Notes: generated by a model not told the origin, from the sequence alone. A stretch of DNA of 64,000 bases from Nitrospirota bacterium (GCA_016212165.1 JACRGY010000168.1:66-64065), one strand, 5' to 3'; positions 18,487 through 28,269 are shown, counted from the first letter of the stretch. Numbers and translations: made by a program.

Positions 18487-19377
18487 TTATTGCTTCTCCG
18501 GCAGGACATTTAACAGCCTTTCTATCTTTATTGCCGGGCCGGTTACCTTCCCTATTGCAAAGAGTTTTCCCTCAGGATTTTTGAGCCTCAGATAAGAATT
18601 CAGAGGTAAATCTGAGAGTTCCAATGGTGCAATCAGAGCCCCGTTTATTGCCCTAAGAAAGTCTTCCGGAGTCAGGACAATCTCTTTAAGGTATTTTATC
18701 GCTTTATCAATAGAACAGACAGATTCTTTCTTATCTGGCAATTCGCCAAGCTCTGCTGAATCCTCAATTCTGAAATCCCCTATCTTTGTCCGTTTAAGGG
18801 CAACAATGTGTGCTCCCACATCAAGCGCTGTCCCTATATCGTCACAGAGCGACCTGATATATGTTCCCTTAGAGCATAAAACCCTTATCTCTAAAAACGG
18901 AGCAGCAAAACTGATTATATCAAGGTTATATATATTTACGTTTCTATCCGGCCTTTCGATTTCTATGCCTTTACGCGCAAGCTTATAAAGGGGTTTGCCT
19001 GAGACCTTTATTGCAGAATACATGGGAGGGGTTTGTTTAATCGTTCCTTTAAAGCGTTCGAGGACAGTTTCTATATTGCCCTCCTCCAGCTCAAAATTTT
19101 CTACCTTCTTAATTACCTGCCCCTCTGAATCAAATGTATCTGTCCGCTCGCCGAGTTTCATTACTGCTATATATTCTTTATCGGTCTCTGCAAGAAACCT
19201 TGTTATTTTCGTTGCCTCATCCACGCATACAAGTAATATCCCCGTGGCAACAGGGTCAAGCGTTCCTGCATGCCCTGCTTTTTTGGCAGCAAAAATATGC
19301 TTGACTCTTGTAACAGCCTGCTGGGATGATATGCCTTCAGGCTTGTTGAGATTTATGACCAGGTTTTTATCGCTCAT
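18487..19377 (-). CDS. truB: tRNA pseudouridine(55) synthase
   Basis: GHAGTLDPVATGILLVCV catalytic Asp motif. The start was taken at the ATG at 19377 (MSDKNLVINLNKPEG). Confidence 0.9.
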   Translation of the reverse strand: MSDKNLVINLNKPEGISSQQAVTRVKHIFAAKKAGHAGTLDPVATGILLVCVDEATKITRFLAETDKEYIAVMKLGERTDTFDSEGQVIKKVENFELEEGNIETVLERFKGTIKQTPPMYSAIKVSGKPLYKLARKGIEIERPDRNVNIYNLDIISFAAPFLEIRVLCSKGTYIRSLCDDIGTALDVGAHIVALKRTKIGDFRIEDSAELGELPDKKESVCSIDKAIKYLKEIVLTPEDFLRAINGALIAPLELSDLPLNSYLRLKNPEGKLFAIGKVTGPAIKIERLLNVLPEKQ

Positions 19378-19421
19378 GACTAAAGTGTGATATTCTACAC
19401 CAATACGCTTAAGCGCTGCCC

Positions 19422-19449
19422 GCGTGAAAATATCTGCGTGAAAATATCT
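19422..19449. repeat. Tandem 14-bp direct repeat in the truB/vapB divergent spacer
   Basis: GCGTGAAAATATCT x2, followed by the AT palindrome region GTATATATTATTAGTATATAT before the vapB RBS. Confidence 0.7.
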
Positions 19450-19506
19450 TGCCAAAATGCCTTGAAGAGTATATATTATTAGTATATATTTATCAGGAGG
19501 TGTGCT

Positions 19507-19734
19507 TTGAAAACTGCAAAACTCTTTCAAAATGGCCAGAGCCAGGCTGTCCGGCTGCCTAAAGAATTCAGATTTGATAGCGAGTATGTGTTTATAAAAA
19601 AGGATGGAAATGTAGTCATGCTCATTCCTGCAAAAGGCTCATGGCAATCCCTTTTCAACAGCCTTAATAAATTTTCCGATGATTTTATGACAGAGAGAAA
19701 ACAGCCCAGGACTCAAAAGAGAGAGGCTCTTTAA
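19507..19734 (+). CDS. vapB: AbrB/SpoVT-type antitoxin VapB
   Basis: KLFQNGQSQAVRLPKEFRF. TTG start 6 nt after AGGAGG. 1-nt overlap with vapC. Confidence 0.85.
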   Translation: MKTAKLFQNGQSQAVRLPKEFRFDSEYVFIKKDGNVVMLIPAKGSWQSLFNSLNKFSDDFMTERKQPRTQKREAL

Positions 19735-20135
19735 TGAAATTTATGCTTGATACCAATATCTGCATTTACATAATCAAACAAAAGCCGCAGAGAGTTCTGA
19801 AACATTTTCTGGCTCATTCCATCGGAAATATAGGCATTTCCTCTATAACGCTTGCAGAACTGCAATATGGTGTGGCGAAGAGCCAGCATGTTCAGAAAAA
19901 CCAGGAGGCATTGAACGAGTTCGTCCTGCCCCTGGAAATCGCCCATTTTGCTGAAAATGCCGCAAGGGTCTATGGTGAAGTCAGGGCAAGCCTTGAAAAG
20001 GCCGGAAAGCCCATTGGTTCAATGGATACGCTGATAGGAGCCCACGCACACAGCCTTGGCGCAACCCTTGTTACAAACAACACCAGCGAATTCAGGCAGA
20101 TAAAGGGGTTGAAAGTTGTGGACTGGACAACCTGA
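19734..20135 (+). CDS. vapC: PIN-domain toxin VapC
   Basis: MLDTNICIY start and conserved acidic residues (D..E..D..N); 133 aa. Confidence 0.9.
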   Translation: MKFMLDTNICIYIIKQKPQRVLKHFLAHSIGNIGISSITLAELQYGVAKSQHVQKNQEALNEFVLPLEIAHFAENAARVYGEVRASLEKAGKPIGSMDTLIGAHAHSLGATLVTNNTSEFRQIKGLKVVDWTT

Positions 20136-20174
20136 ATTTTTGAAACTTCTGTAGCTACTGTGATAACATAATTC

Positions 20175-21368
20175 ATGCCTCTTTTCAGTTACGAAGCCGT
20201 TGACGGCAATGGGAATAAGGTCAAGGAATCTCTTGACGCCCTGAATGAAGATGCCATTAAATCTGACCTCAGAGTAAGAGGGCTAATCCCCTTAAGCATA
20301 AAACCTGTTGATGCTAAAAATGTTTCCCTTTTTGAAAGGGTGACCCAAAAAGACCTCTTAATATTCACTCAGGAGCTTGGAAATCTTCTTGAATCAGGAC
20401 TGCCCGTTGACAGGGCTTTATATGTGCTTTCAGAAGCCTCAGAGAAGAAGCCTTTCAGGGCTATTATCAGAGAGGTTTACATCGATATCCAGCGGGGCCA
20501 GGCATTGTCCCAGGCACTTTCAAAGCATAAGATATTCCCCGGCCTCTATGTCAACATGGTAAAGGCAGGCGAGGCAGGCGGCATACTCGAGGCCGTAATA
20601 AAAAGGCTTGCTTCATTTCTTGAAACTTCTGCAACATTCAGGGAAGAAATGACCTCTGCTCTTGTTTATCCACTGGTCCTCACAATTGTCGGCGGGCTTG
20701 CAGTTGTATTTCTGATGCTTTATGTTATCCCAAAATTTGCAAAAATATTTGCTGATATGGGACAGGCACTGCCTCTGCCGACAACTATTCTTCTGAATAT
20801 AAGCACTTTTTTTATCTCATACTGGTGGGCTGTTGCAGGGCTCATTACCATAGCGGTTATAGCAACAAGGCGTTATATAATGACATCTGAAGGAAAGGCT
20901 TTTGTTGACAGTCTCAAGTTAAAAACACCGGTGATAAAAAGATTAAATCTCAAGCTTATAATAGCGCGGTTTTCAAGGACACTCGGAACACTGCTTCAAA
21001 GCGGGGTCCCGATCCTGGAAGCAATAGGCATATCGCGGACTGTTGTTGGAAACGAGATCATGTCAAACCGCTTAAAAGCCATTGAAGAGGGAATAAGTAA
21101 AGGCAAAGGCATAGCAAAACCGCTAAAGGAGAGCAATATATTCCCTCCTGTTGTTGTACAGATGGTTATTGTGGGTGAAGAGGCAGGAAAACTTGATGAG
21201 ACGTTTCTGCTGATTGCAGAGAGATTTGAAACAGAGAGCAGAAGTCTTATAAAGAGGGTCGTGAGGCTTTATGAGCCTGTACTGATACTCCTTATGGGCA
21301 TAGTTGTAGGGTTTATAGTTATATCCATGCTTCTTGCAATATTCAGCATTAATGAGATACCGATTTGA
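20175..21368 (+). CDS. gspF: GspF/PilC-family secretion platform protein
   Basis: 397 aa with two T2SF repeats (GLPVDRAL, GVPILEAI) and three TM segments. Confidence 0.85.
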   Translation: MPLFSYEAVDGNGNKVKESLDALNEDAIKSDLRVRGLIPLSIKPVDAKNVSLFERVTQKDLLIFTQELGNLLESGLPVDRALYVLSEASEKKPFRAIIREVYIDIQRGQALSQALSKHKIFPGLYVNMVKAGEAGGILEAVIKRLASFLETSATFREEMTSALVYPLVLTIVGGLAVVFLMLYVIPKFAKIFADMGQALPLPTTILLNISTFFISYWWAVAGLITIAVIATRRYIMTSEGKAFVDSLKLKTPVIKRLNLKLIIARFSRTLGTLLQSGVPILEAIGISRTVVGNEIMSNRLKAIEEGISKGKGIAKPLKESNIFPPVVVQMVIVGEEAGKLDETFLLIAERFETESRSLIKRVVRLYEPVLILLMGIVVGFIVISMLLAIFSINEIPI

Positions 21369-21393
21369 AAACACTAATAAATATGGAGGAGAC

Positions 21394-21828
21394 ATGAGAC
21401 ATAAAAAAGGACAACGGCATTATAAAAATCATCAGGGTTTCACTTTGATAGAGCTATTGGTTGTTATAGTAATTTTAGGCCTGCTTGCGGGCATTGTTCT
21501 TCCAAAATATTTGGCGAGAGAGAAAAAAGGAAGGCAGGCTGCTGCAAAAACCCAGATTGAGCTTCTTGGCCAGGCGCTTGACCAGTTCAGGCTCGATACC
21601 GGCAGATATCCTAATACTTCAGAGGGCCTCAATGCCCTGATGACTAATCCCGGCTCTGACAAATGGGATGGCCCTTATTTAAAAAAGGCTGTGCCAAACG
21701 ACCCATGGGGCAAACCATATACCTACCAATCGCCTGGCTCGCACGGCGAATATGACCTTTCCTCTAATGGCGCAGACGGCTCACCCGGAGGAGATGGAGA
21801 AAATAAAGACATTGTCAGCTGGGAATAA
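21394..21828 (+). CDS. gspG: Type II secretion major pseudopilin GspG
   Basis: GFTLIELLVVIVILGLLAGIV prepilin signal, then DPWG.PY.Y.SPG..G.YDL.S.G.DG. Confidence 0.85.
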   Translation: MRHKKGQRHYKNHQGFTLIELLVVIVILGLLAGIVLPKYLAREKKGRQAAAKTQIELLGQALDQFRLDTGRYPNTSEGLNALMTNPGSDKWDGPYLKKAVPNDPWGKPYTYQSPGSHGEYDLSSNGADGSPGGDGENKDIVSWE

Positions 21829-22267
21829 GGGGCTTATCCCTCACAAAAATCATTGTGCCGGGTTTACGCTCCTCGAATTGATTATTGTTATATTTATTGC
21901 AGGCATTTCTGTAACGATAGTTGCTATTTCCATCGGCAGGATACATGAGAAAAGAATATTTAATGAAGCCGCAAAAAAAATATTTGTTACTTTAAAACAT
22001 GCCCGAGAGACTGCCATCCTTGAAAAAACTCCTGTTGCTTTCATGCTTGATGAAGAAACCAATTCCTTCTGGATGGAAAAAGATGATACTGTATATGGGA
22101 AGGTACAGAATATGCCGGAACGCATCATCATAAGAGGCAAAGCAATTATATTTTTCCCGAAAGGAAACAGCTCAGGCGGTAATATAAAAATAAAATATGA
22201 AAAAGAAAGGGAGTATTCCATTGAGGTTGACCCTGTGCTCGGGATCGCAAAAATCAAAGGGGTTTAG
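21794..22267 (+). CDS. GspH-like minor pseudopilin (start uncertain; a TTG at 21812 is also possible)
   Basis: AGFTLLELIIVIFIAGISV prepilin-type N-terminus. Confidence 0.6.
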   Translation: MEKIKTLSAGNKGLIPHKNHCAGFTLLELIIVIFIAGISVTIVAISIGRIHEKRIFNEAAKKIFVTLKHARETAILEKTPVAFMLDEETNSFWMEKDDTVYGKVQNMPERIIIRGKAIIFFPKGNSSGGNIKIKYEKEREYSIEVDPVLGIAKIKGV

Positions 22268-22610
22268 CCTTTTAGAGGTAATGGTTTCTATAAGTATCCT
22301 TGGCATTGCCCTGGTTACCCTTTTCCAGTTGTTTTCGATAAGCCTTCGCTCGGTAAAAAAATCCGAGGATTATTCCATGGCGCTGATTCATGCCCGGTCA
22401 ATAATGGATGAAGCATATGCCCTGCCCAAACTGACTGCCGGCTCGGAATCATTTGATTTTGAGGACGGCTTTAAGGGCATCAGGACACTCAGCCTTAAGC
22501 CGTCAGAAGAAAAAATAAAGGCATACGAAATAACTGCTACTGTATCGTGGCCTCCTTCGGGCAAGCTCGAACTAAAAGGATTAAAAACATATTATGAAAC
22601 TGAAGAATAA
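22197..22610 (+). CDS. GspI-like minor pseudopilin
   Basis: KGFSLLEVMVSISILGIALV prepilin-type N-terminus. Confidence 0.6.
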   Translation: MKKKGSIPLRLTLCSGSQKSKGFSLLEVMVSISILGIALVTLFQLFSISLRSVKKSEDYSMALIHARSIMDEAYALPKLTAGSESFDFEDGFKGIRTLSLKPSEEKIKAYEITATVSWPPSGKLELKGLKTYYETEE

Positions 22611-23220
22611 GAAAGGGTTCACCCTGATCGAGGTTATTATTGCCATAACCCTTTCAGCAGTTATCATTGCAATACTCCTTTCTGCCATGAGGCTTGGATA
22701 TCGCTCACAGGAAAAAGGAATGTGGAGAGAAGAGATTTCTCAAAAAATGAGAATCCTCAACGACAGAATAACATGGCTTTTCAGAGGGGCGTATCCTTAT
22801 ATAATGGCCAGGACCGAGGGCAAGGTCCTTTATTTTTCAGTCAAATCAGGCAGCGCAGGTTTTGTTACAACCAGTGTTGATTCATATTCCGAGGGGCCGG
22901 AAGACAGGGCCGGGATGAAATGGGTCCAGATATTTTCTGATTACGAAGGCCTGAAGATCAGGGAGAAAATTTATTTTTTAGAGGATGTGTTTGATGACAG
23001 CGGGGGAAAGGTATACCTTCTTGACCCTTCTGTAGACAGGCTTGAATTCGAATATCTTGATGTAAATAAAAAAGAGAAAAAAGAAGACTGGGTGTCTGAA
23101 TGGGATCCAACAGAAAAAGACTATCTCCCTGCTGCCGTAAGGGTTAAGATGGAATTCACGCATGACGGACAGAAATTCAAGGTGCCTGAGTTTATTGTGA
23201 GACTGCCTGCTGGTTACTAA
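22594..23220 (+). CDS. GspJ-like minor pseudopilin
   Basis: KKGFTLIEVIIAITLSAVII prepilin-type N-terminus; 208 aa. Confidence 0.6.
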   Translation: MKLKNKKGFTLIEVIIAITLSAVIIAILLSAMRLGYRSQEKGMWREEISQKMRILNDRITWLFRGAYPYIMARTEGKVLYFSVKSGSAGFVTTSVDSYSEGPEDRAGMKWVQIFSDYEGLKIREKIYFLEDVFDDSGGKVYLLDPSVDRLEFEYLDVNKKEKKEDWVSEWDPTEKDYLPAAVRVKMEFTHDGQKFKVPEFIVRLPAGY

Positions 23221-23690
23221 ATTTTATGCAGCAAACACACCGCATATGCAGCAATACCCTCGCCCTTACCGATAAACCCCATGCCCTCATTTGTTTTTGC
23301 CTTTATGTTGATAAGCCCTGACGTAATCCCTGCTTTGGACACGGCCTCTTTCATTGTCTCAATATAAGGCGCCAGTTTTGGTTTTTCTATAATTACAGTT
23401 GAATCTATCCACGAAATATCAAGGCCATTATTCCTGGCAAGCTTCACTATATTTTTCAGGAGGTCTACGCTTGATGCATCCCTCCATTTGGGGTCTGTGT
23501 CAGGAAAATGCCTGCCAATATCGCCAAGGCCGAGTGCGCCTATTATTGCATCTATTATTGCATGGCAAAGGACATCAGCATCAGAATGCCCTTTCAACCC
23601 TTTTTCAAAGGGTATTTCCACACCGCCAATAATCAGCTTACGCCCCTTAACAAGCCTGTGTGAATCATATCCAAAACCGATTCTCATCAT
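23217..23690 (-). CDS. ispF: 2-C-methyl-D-erythritol 2,4-cyclodiphosphate synthase
   Basis: RIGFGYDSHRL and GHSDADVLCHAIIDA motifs. Confidence 0.95.
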   Translation of the reverse strand: MMRIGFGYDSHRLVKGRKLIIGGVEIPFEKGLKGHSDADVLCHAIIDAIIGALGLGDIGRHFPDTDPKWRDASSVDLLKNIVKLARNNGLDISWIDSTVIIEKPKLAPYIETMKEAVSKAGITSGLINIKAKTNEGMGFIGKGEGIAAYAVCLLHKI

Positions 23691-23704
23691 TTATAGCTCC
23701 ATTA

Positions 23705-23832
23705 CAAGGGATATGGTCTTTGAGCGGCTTATTTTGCCGATAGTCCAACAGATTATCGATAAAAAATCAAGAGGCAAAATCCTCGGAGGTCGCCCCGGCG
23801 ACCGAGAATGAGCGAGAAGACTATATCCCTTG
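23705..23832 (+). repeat. Family A element, copy A4
   Basis: Outer stem CAAGGGATATGGTCTT/AAGACTATATCCCTTG (G:T on the + strand), inner GGTCGCC/GGCGACC hairpin. It fills the ispD-ispF spacer. Confidence 0.8.
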
Positions 23833-23842
23833 CTTATCTTCA

Positions 23843-24535
23843 TTATATTGCTCTTTTTCTTAAGAACATTTCTGCCATATCCAGATCTTCCGGAGTCGTT
23901 ACCTTTATGTTCGTATATGAACCCATTATTACTTTTACCTTGCCTCCGTATCTTTCAACTATGGCAGAATCATCCGTAGAGTAAAATTTTTCAGCCATGG
24001 CCTTTTTATAGGCCTGCATAAGCGCACCATACTTAAAGACCTGCGGCGTTTGAACAACCCAGAGCGTTTTTCTATCTAAAGTTTTTTGCACAAAAATTTC
24101 ACTTGAAACTTTTTTTATTGTATCCTTTACCGGAACACCGACGATAACACCATCAGAATCTTTGAGCTGCTTTATTGATTCCTCAATGACAGATTTTTCT
24201 ATCAGCGGCCGGACGCCATCATGTATTAAAACCACAGCTGCCTTTTTGCCTATCAGGTTAAGCCCGTTAAAAACCGAATCCTGACGCTCTTTGCCGCCCG
24301 GAGCAACTCTTTTGACCTTTGAAATTCTAAATCTCTCTATTAAAGCAAGCCCCTGTTCCATATCATCCTTTTTAAAAACAGGGATTATCTCTTCGATATC
24401 ATCGACACATTCAAGGGCTTCAAGCGCCCAAATAACAATCGGCTTATCCAGCAGGGCCTGAAATGTTTTATTGTTATCCTGCCCAAACCTCTTTCCTAAC
24501 CCGGCTGCCGGAACAATGGCTATTGTTTTTTTCAC
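23843..24535 (-). CDS. ispD: 2-C-methyl-D-erythritol 4-phosphate cytidylyltransferase
   Basis: AIVPAAGLGKRFG motif; 230 aa. Confidence 0.9.
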   Translation of the reverse strand: MKKTIAIVPAAGLGKRFGQDNNKTFQALLDKPIVIWALEALECVDDIEEIIPVFKKDDMEQGLALIERFRISKVKRVAPGGKERQDSVFNGLNLIGKKAAVVLIHDGVRPLIEKSVIEESIKQLKDSDGVIVGVPVKDTIKKVSSEIFVQKTLDRKTLWVVQTPQVFKYGALMQAYKKAMAEKFYSTDDSAIVERYGGKVKVIMGSYTNIKVTTPEDLDMAEMFLRKRAI

Positions 24536-24549
24536 CTGTAAATACCTTT

Positions 24550-24654
24550 CCCCGCCTTAGTTAAGGAGGGGTAGGGGTGGTTTGATTAGAATGAATTTCT
24601 TTTTCCCACTTACCACCCTGTCCTTCGGACTCCCCTCCTAAAATAGGAGGGGAG
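24550..24654. repeat. G-rich palindromic element related to the centre of family A
   Basis: GGAGGGGTAGGGGTGGT ... ACCACCCTGTCC..CTCCCCTCC, plus a perfect 9-bp hairpin CTCCCCTCC-TAAAATA-GGAGGGGAG. Confidence 0.55.
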
Positions 24655-24705
24655 CTATTAGAAATTTTTTACTTTACCCACTTAAAGTGTACGCATTTAC
24701 CGCCC

Positions 24706-25707
24706 TTAATTCTCTCTGTCGTATTCCTCTTTTGTCTTGGAGAATATCATCCTGCCTGCTGTTGTCTGAAGAACGCTTGTCACTGTCACATCAACATTCT
24801 TGCCAATAAGTTTTCTTGCATTCTCCACCACAACCATTGTCCCGTCATCAAGATATGCAACTCCCTGATTATGCTCCTTGCCCTCCTTAATGACAAAAAC
24901 CTTTATGGTCTCGCCGGGAAGGACAACAGGCTTCAGCGCATTTGCCAGTTCATGGATGTTTAATACAGCCACCCCCTGAAGTTCTGCAACCTTGTTAAGG
25001 TTAAAATCATTTGTTATTACCTTCGCATCAATAACCCTGGCAAGGGCAACAAGCTTTGCATCAACCTCTTTTATCTTGGGAAAATCTTCGTCAACTATTC
25101 TTACAGTTACATTGGACATCTTCTGCAGCTTATGCAGAACATCCAGGCCTCTCCTGCCCCTTGCCCTTTTAAGTGAATCCGGGGAATCCGCTATATATTG
25201 CAGTTCCTGAAGAATAAACTGCGGAAGGATAAAGATCCCTTCAATAAACCCGGCTTCGCACACGTCGGCAATACGGCCGTCTATTATAACGCTTGTATCC
25301 AGCAGTTTAAGGTTCTCCTCGAACCCCTGTCCTTTGAACAGCCTGAGTATTCCCGATATTGTAAGCCCTTTGCCCCGCTTCAACCCCACAAGCAGGCCTG
25401 TATAGACGAATAATGCATTTACAACAAATGCTATTGTCACAAAATCCTGGGAAATAACCGCCTTTAAAGGAAAAAGCAGAAGGTTTGCAAGCACAAGGCC
25501 TGTTGACATGCCGAGTATGCCGCCAATAACAATACCGAGGGAAACCTTTTTAGATACAGCCTCTGTTAAAAGGGCAAGAGCGCCTATTGCTGCACCCCAT
25601 GCAGCGCCAATAATCTGGGAATCATATTTACTGCCGAGCAGATAACCTGCCGATAAAAATATTGCAAATAAACCTATCCTCAAAATAATAAAAGCCAAGT
25701 TTCTCAC
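24706..25707 (-). CDS. Membrane-anchored PIN/TRAM domain protein (YacL-like)
   Basis: Four N-terminal TM segments, a PIN domain (LLDTSVIIDGRI) and a C-terminal TRAM-like barrel. The yacL-ispD-ispF order matches Bacillus. Confidence 0.75.
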   Translation of the reverse strand: MRNLAFIILRIGLFAIFLSAGYLLGSKYDSQIIGAAWGAAIGALALLTEAVSKKVSLGIVIGGILGMSTGLVLANLLLFPLKAVISQDFVTIAFVVNALFVYTGLLVGLKRGKGLTISGILRLFKGQGFEENLKLLDTSVIIDGRIADVCEAGFIEGIFILPQFILQELQYIADSPDSLKRARGRRGLDVLHKLQKMSNVTVRIVDEDFPKIKEVDAKLVALARVIDAKVITNDFNLNKVAELQGVAVLNIHELANALKPVVLPGETIKVFVIKEGKEHNQGVAYLDDGTMVVVENARKLIGKNVDVTVTSVLQTTAGRMIFSKTKEEYDREN

Positions 25708-25737
25708 CTCCTTTCAAAAGTGTGTGTCTGTATTTCT

Positions 25738-25765
25738 TTACTGTTCGCTATTTACTATCCACTGT
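25738..25765. repeat. Degenerate heptamer array (TYACTRT-like x4) between htrA and the PIN/TRAM gene
   Basis: TTACTGT TCGCTAT TTACTAT CCACTGT. Confidence 0.5.
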
Positions 25766-27235
25766 TTATGAGGCCCTGATCACAGCATAAAACCTTTGGC
25801 CGCCTCTGTTAATAAAAAGCAATACTGTCCCCCCGGGCTTTATATTAGAGGCGATTCTATTAAAGTCATTGATGTTATTTATTTTTTTGTTGTCTATCTC
25901 CTGAATAATGTCTCCTTTTTTAAGCTTTGCCTCTTCAGCTGCGCTACCGGGTTCAACCCTCACGACAACCACTCCTTTTTCATCCCTGTTCAGCCCCAGC
26001 TGTTGCGCAATTTCCCTGGTAAGCTCTATAACCTCAAGGCCGGCGAGTGCTTCTTTCTGTTTGTCCTCATGCGATAATTCAGGCGCTGCCTCGCCAATCT
26101 CTTTCGGATATTCAGCTATGGTTGCAGTTAAATTATACTCTTTCCCTCCTCTGAGTATCCTGACAGCCACCTGTGACCCTGCCTTGCTCTGCGCAACTGT
26201 ATTTCTGAGGCTGTCAGCATCTGCCACCTTTTTCCCGTTGTATTCAAGGATTATATCGCCTCGCATTATCCCTGCCTTTTCAGCAGGGCTTCCCTTTACA
26301 GTGTCACCAACCAATGCCCCGTCAGAGTCTTTAAGCCCGAATTTCTGAGAAAGTTCAGGCGTAAGTCTCTGTATCGAAACTCCTATCCATCCCCTGGTGA
26401 CCTTGCCATGTTTTACAAGCTGGTCCATCACAGAGCGTGCAAGGTTGCTTGGCACTGCAAAGCCTATGCCTTGATAACCGCCTGTTTTTGAAAATATTGC
26501 GGTGTTGATGCCTATTACCTCGCCTTTAATGTTCACCAGCGGCCCGCCTGAATTTCCGGGATTTATTGCCGCATCAGTCTGTATAAAGTCCTCGTAGTCT
26601 GTAATCCCGACGCTCACCCTGCCAACTGCGCTTATAATCCCCATTGTTACAGTATGGCTTAACCCAAATGGATTGCCGATAGCAAGGACAAATTCTCCAA
26701 CCTGCAATTTATCAGAATCAGCCCACAGAGCTGTTGGAAGGTCTTTTGCATTGATTTTTACCACTGCAATATCTGTCTTGGAATCAGCGCCCATCACTTT
26801 TCCCTTAAAACTTCTCTTGTCATAAAGGATAACCTTTATCTCCTCTGACTGTTCAACCACATGATTATTAGTGATTATATAGCCGTCATTGGAAACAATT
26901 ACCCCTGAACCAAGGCTTTGCTCTTTCCATTTTTTAGGAGAACTAAATTCATGGAACGGGTCAAAAAAATTAAAAAAAGGGTCTTCAAAAAATGAGGGTG
27001 CAGCATCTCGCTTTATAACCTTTGTGGTTGAGATGTTCACAACCGCAGGAGATATGGCATTTGCTATCTCAGAAAATGCCTTTGAAGTCTCTATTATCTG
27101 GCTCGGCACTCTCGGTAAGACTGAAAGAGACGGGCGCAAAGGGCCGGTAACCCTGCCGAGGATATAAAATGAAATCCCTCCAAGGAGAAATCCTGACAAT
27201 AATATAATAATGCCGATTGTTAGCTTCTTTTTCAC
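25766..27235 (-). CDS. htrA: Periplasmic serine endoprotease DegP/HtrA with two PDZ domains
   Basis: TNNHVV, D and GNSGGPLVN catalytic triad context; 489 aa with a signal anchor. Confidence 0.9.
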   Translation of the reverse strand: MKKKLTIGIIILLSGFLLGGISFYILGRVTGPLRPSLSVLPRVPSQIIETSKAFSEIANAISPAVVNISTTKVIKRDAAPSFFEDPFFNFFDPFHEFSSPKKWKEQSLGSGVIVSNDGYIITNNHVVEQSEEIKVILYDKRSFKGKVMGADSKTDIAVVKINAKDLPTALWADSDKLQVGEFVLAIGNPFGLSHTVTMGIISAVGRVSVGITDYEDFIQTDAAINPGNSGGPLVNIKGEVIGINTAIFSKTGGYQGIGFAVPSNLARSVMDQLVKHGKVTRGWIGVSIQRLTPELSQKFGLKDSDGALVGDTVKGSPAEKAGIMRGDIILEYNGKKVADADSLRNTVAQSKAGSQVAVRILRGGKEYNLTATIAEYPKEIGEAAPELSHEDKQKEALAGLEVIELTREIAQQLGLNRDEKGVVVVRVEPGSAAEEAKLKKGDIIQEIDNKKINNINDFNRIASNIKPGGTVLLFINRGGQRFYAVIRAS

Positions 27236-27396
27236 TATCTATTCATTATAATCCACCCTGAAATCGTTGTAAAGTTTAGGCTGTTGAAACTGCTTATTGG
27301 ATAACAAAAAAGCGGTTAGATACTTTTAGTATTTTGATGCTTTTCTATTTTTCGTTCCTAGAACCGTCCCCTTTTTCGTTCCTCTTTTTTGAAAAA

Positions 27397-27771
27397 TTAC
27401 CACAATACCATAGGCGCAAAAAACAAAATAAACGGTATAGGGAATATCATCCACAGCTTTACTCTTTTATTCCAAGGGCTTTTTTCGTATTGTTTTATCA
27501 ACTCGTCTATTTTTGTCTTCCGATACCTAAGGTAATTAAATAAAAATATTGCAGCCATCATTGCAAAAGTCCCCGTTTTATATACTTCTTTGCTTAGATT
27601 TTCCGATGTAAAAAAATCATTTGTTAACGAGGTGACTATACTGATCGCATAAGCCATCAAAATATTTTGTAGGAACCAAAGAAACCCAATTCCCATTACT
27701 TCAGGTATGTAATCCTTCTTTTTATAGAAAGAATACATCCTGTAAAATATGTAATCGAAAAATCTCATCAT
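27397..27771 (-). CDS. Small integral membrane protein, unknown function
   Basis: 124 aa, 3-4 predicted TM helices, AT-rich coding. Confidence 0.45.
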   Translation of the reverse strand: MMRFFDYIFYRMYSFYKKKDYIPEVMGIGFLWFLQNILMAYAISIVTSLTNDFFTSENLSKEVYKTGTFAMMAAIFLFNYLRYRKTKIDELIKQYEKSPWNKRVKLWMIFPIPFILFFAPMVLW

Positions 27772-27934
27772 AAACTTAAAAACCTATTTCTCCCACGCCC
27801 ATTCCCAGTCATAAATAGTGCCGCCGCCACTACGCGAATCCAGCCAATCGCCTATTGACTGACCTGTTGAGGATCTATAAATCTGTCCCCGTTTATTACT
27901 TCCGTTTTATTACCTTCTTTGTCCATTCTACTTT

Positions 27935-28165
27935 TTAATTTTTGCCCAATTTTATAACGCCAAACAGCAATAAAATCCCAAAAATTAAAAAAAATATACC
28001 GCCTATTGAATACCCAATTTTGTAAGAAAGCGGATTCGTATCAGCTTTAAACCATCTTTTGTCCTGATTAACAGAGCTTTTTATATGCCATTTAATAAAA
28101 AAAAGAAAATATAAACCTGCAAATATACTAATAATTGATTCAAGTAAATCCTTTTCGTTTATCAT
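27935..28165 (-). CDS. Small integral membrane protein, unknown function
   Basis: 76 aa, two hydrophobic helices. Confidence 0.4.
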   Translation of the reverse strand: MINEKDLLESIISIFAGLYFLFFIKWHIKSSVNQDKRWFKADTNPLSYKIGYSIGGIFFLIFGILLLFGVIKLGKN

Positions 28166-28269
28166 GGTTATTCCTCTGCTTTTTAAAATCGCCGACTATT
28201 ACTCTCTCTGGTTTAAATAATAAGGCCCCCATAAATAATACCCAGTAAGGGCGCCGTCACCTTTTCTGT

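Noticed and set aside
28166-28269. A possible 15-codon hydrophobic mini-ORF or gene remnant between two small membrane genes
   Set aside because: It is too short and has no RBS or homology that I can assess.
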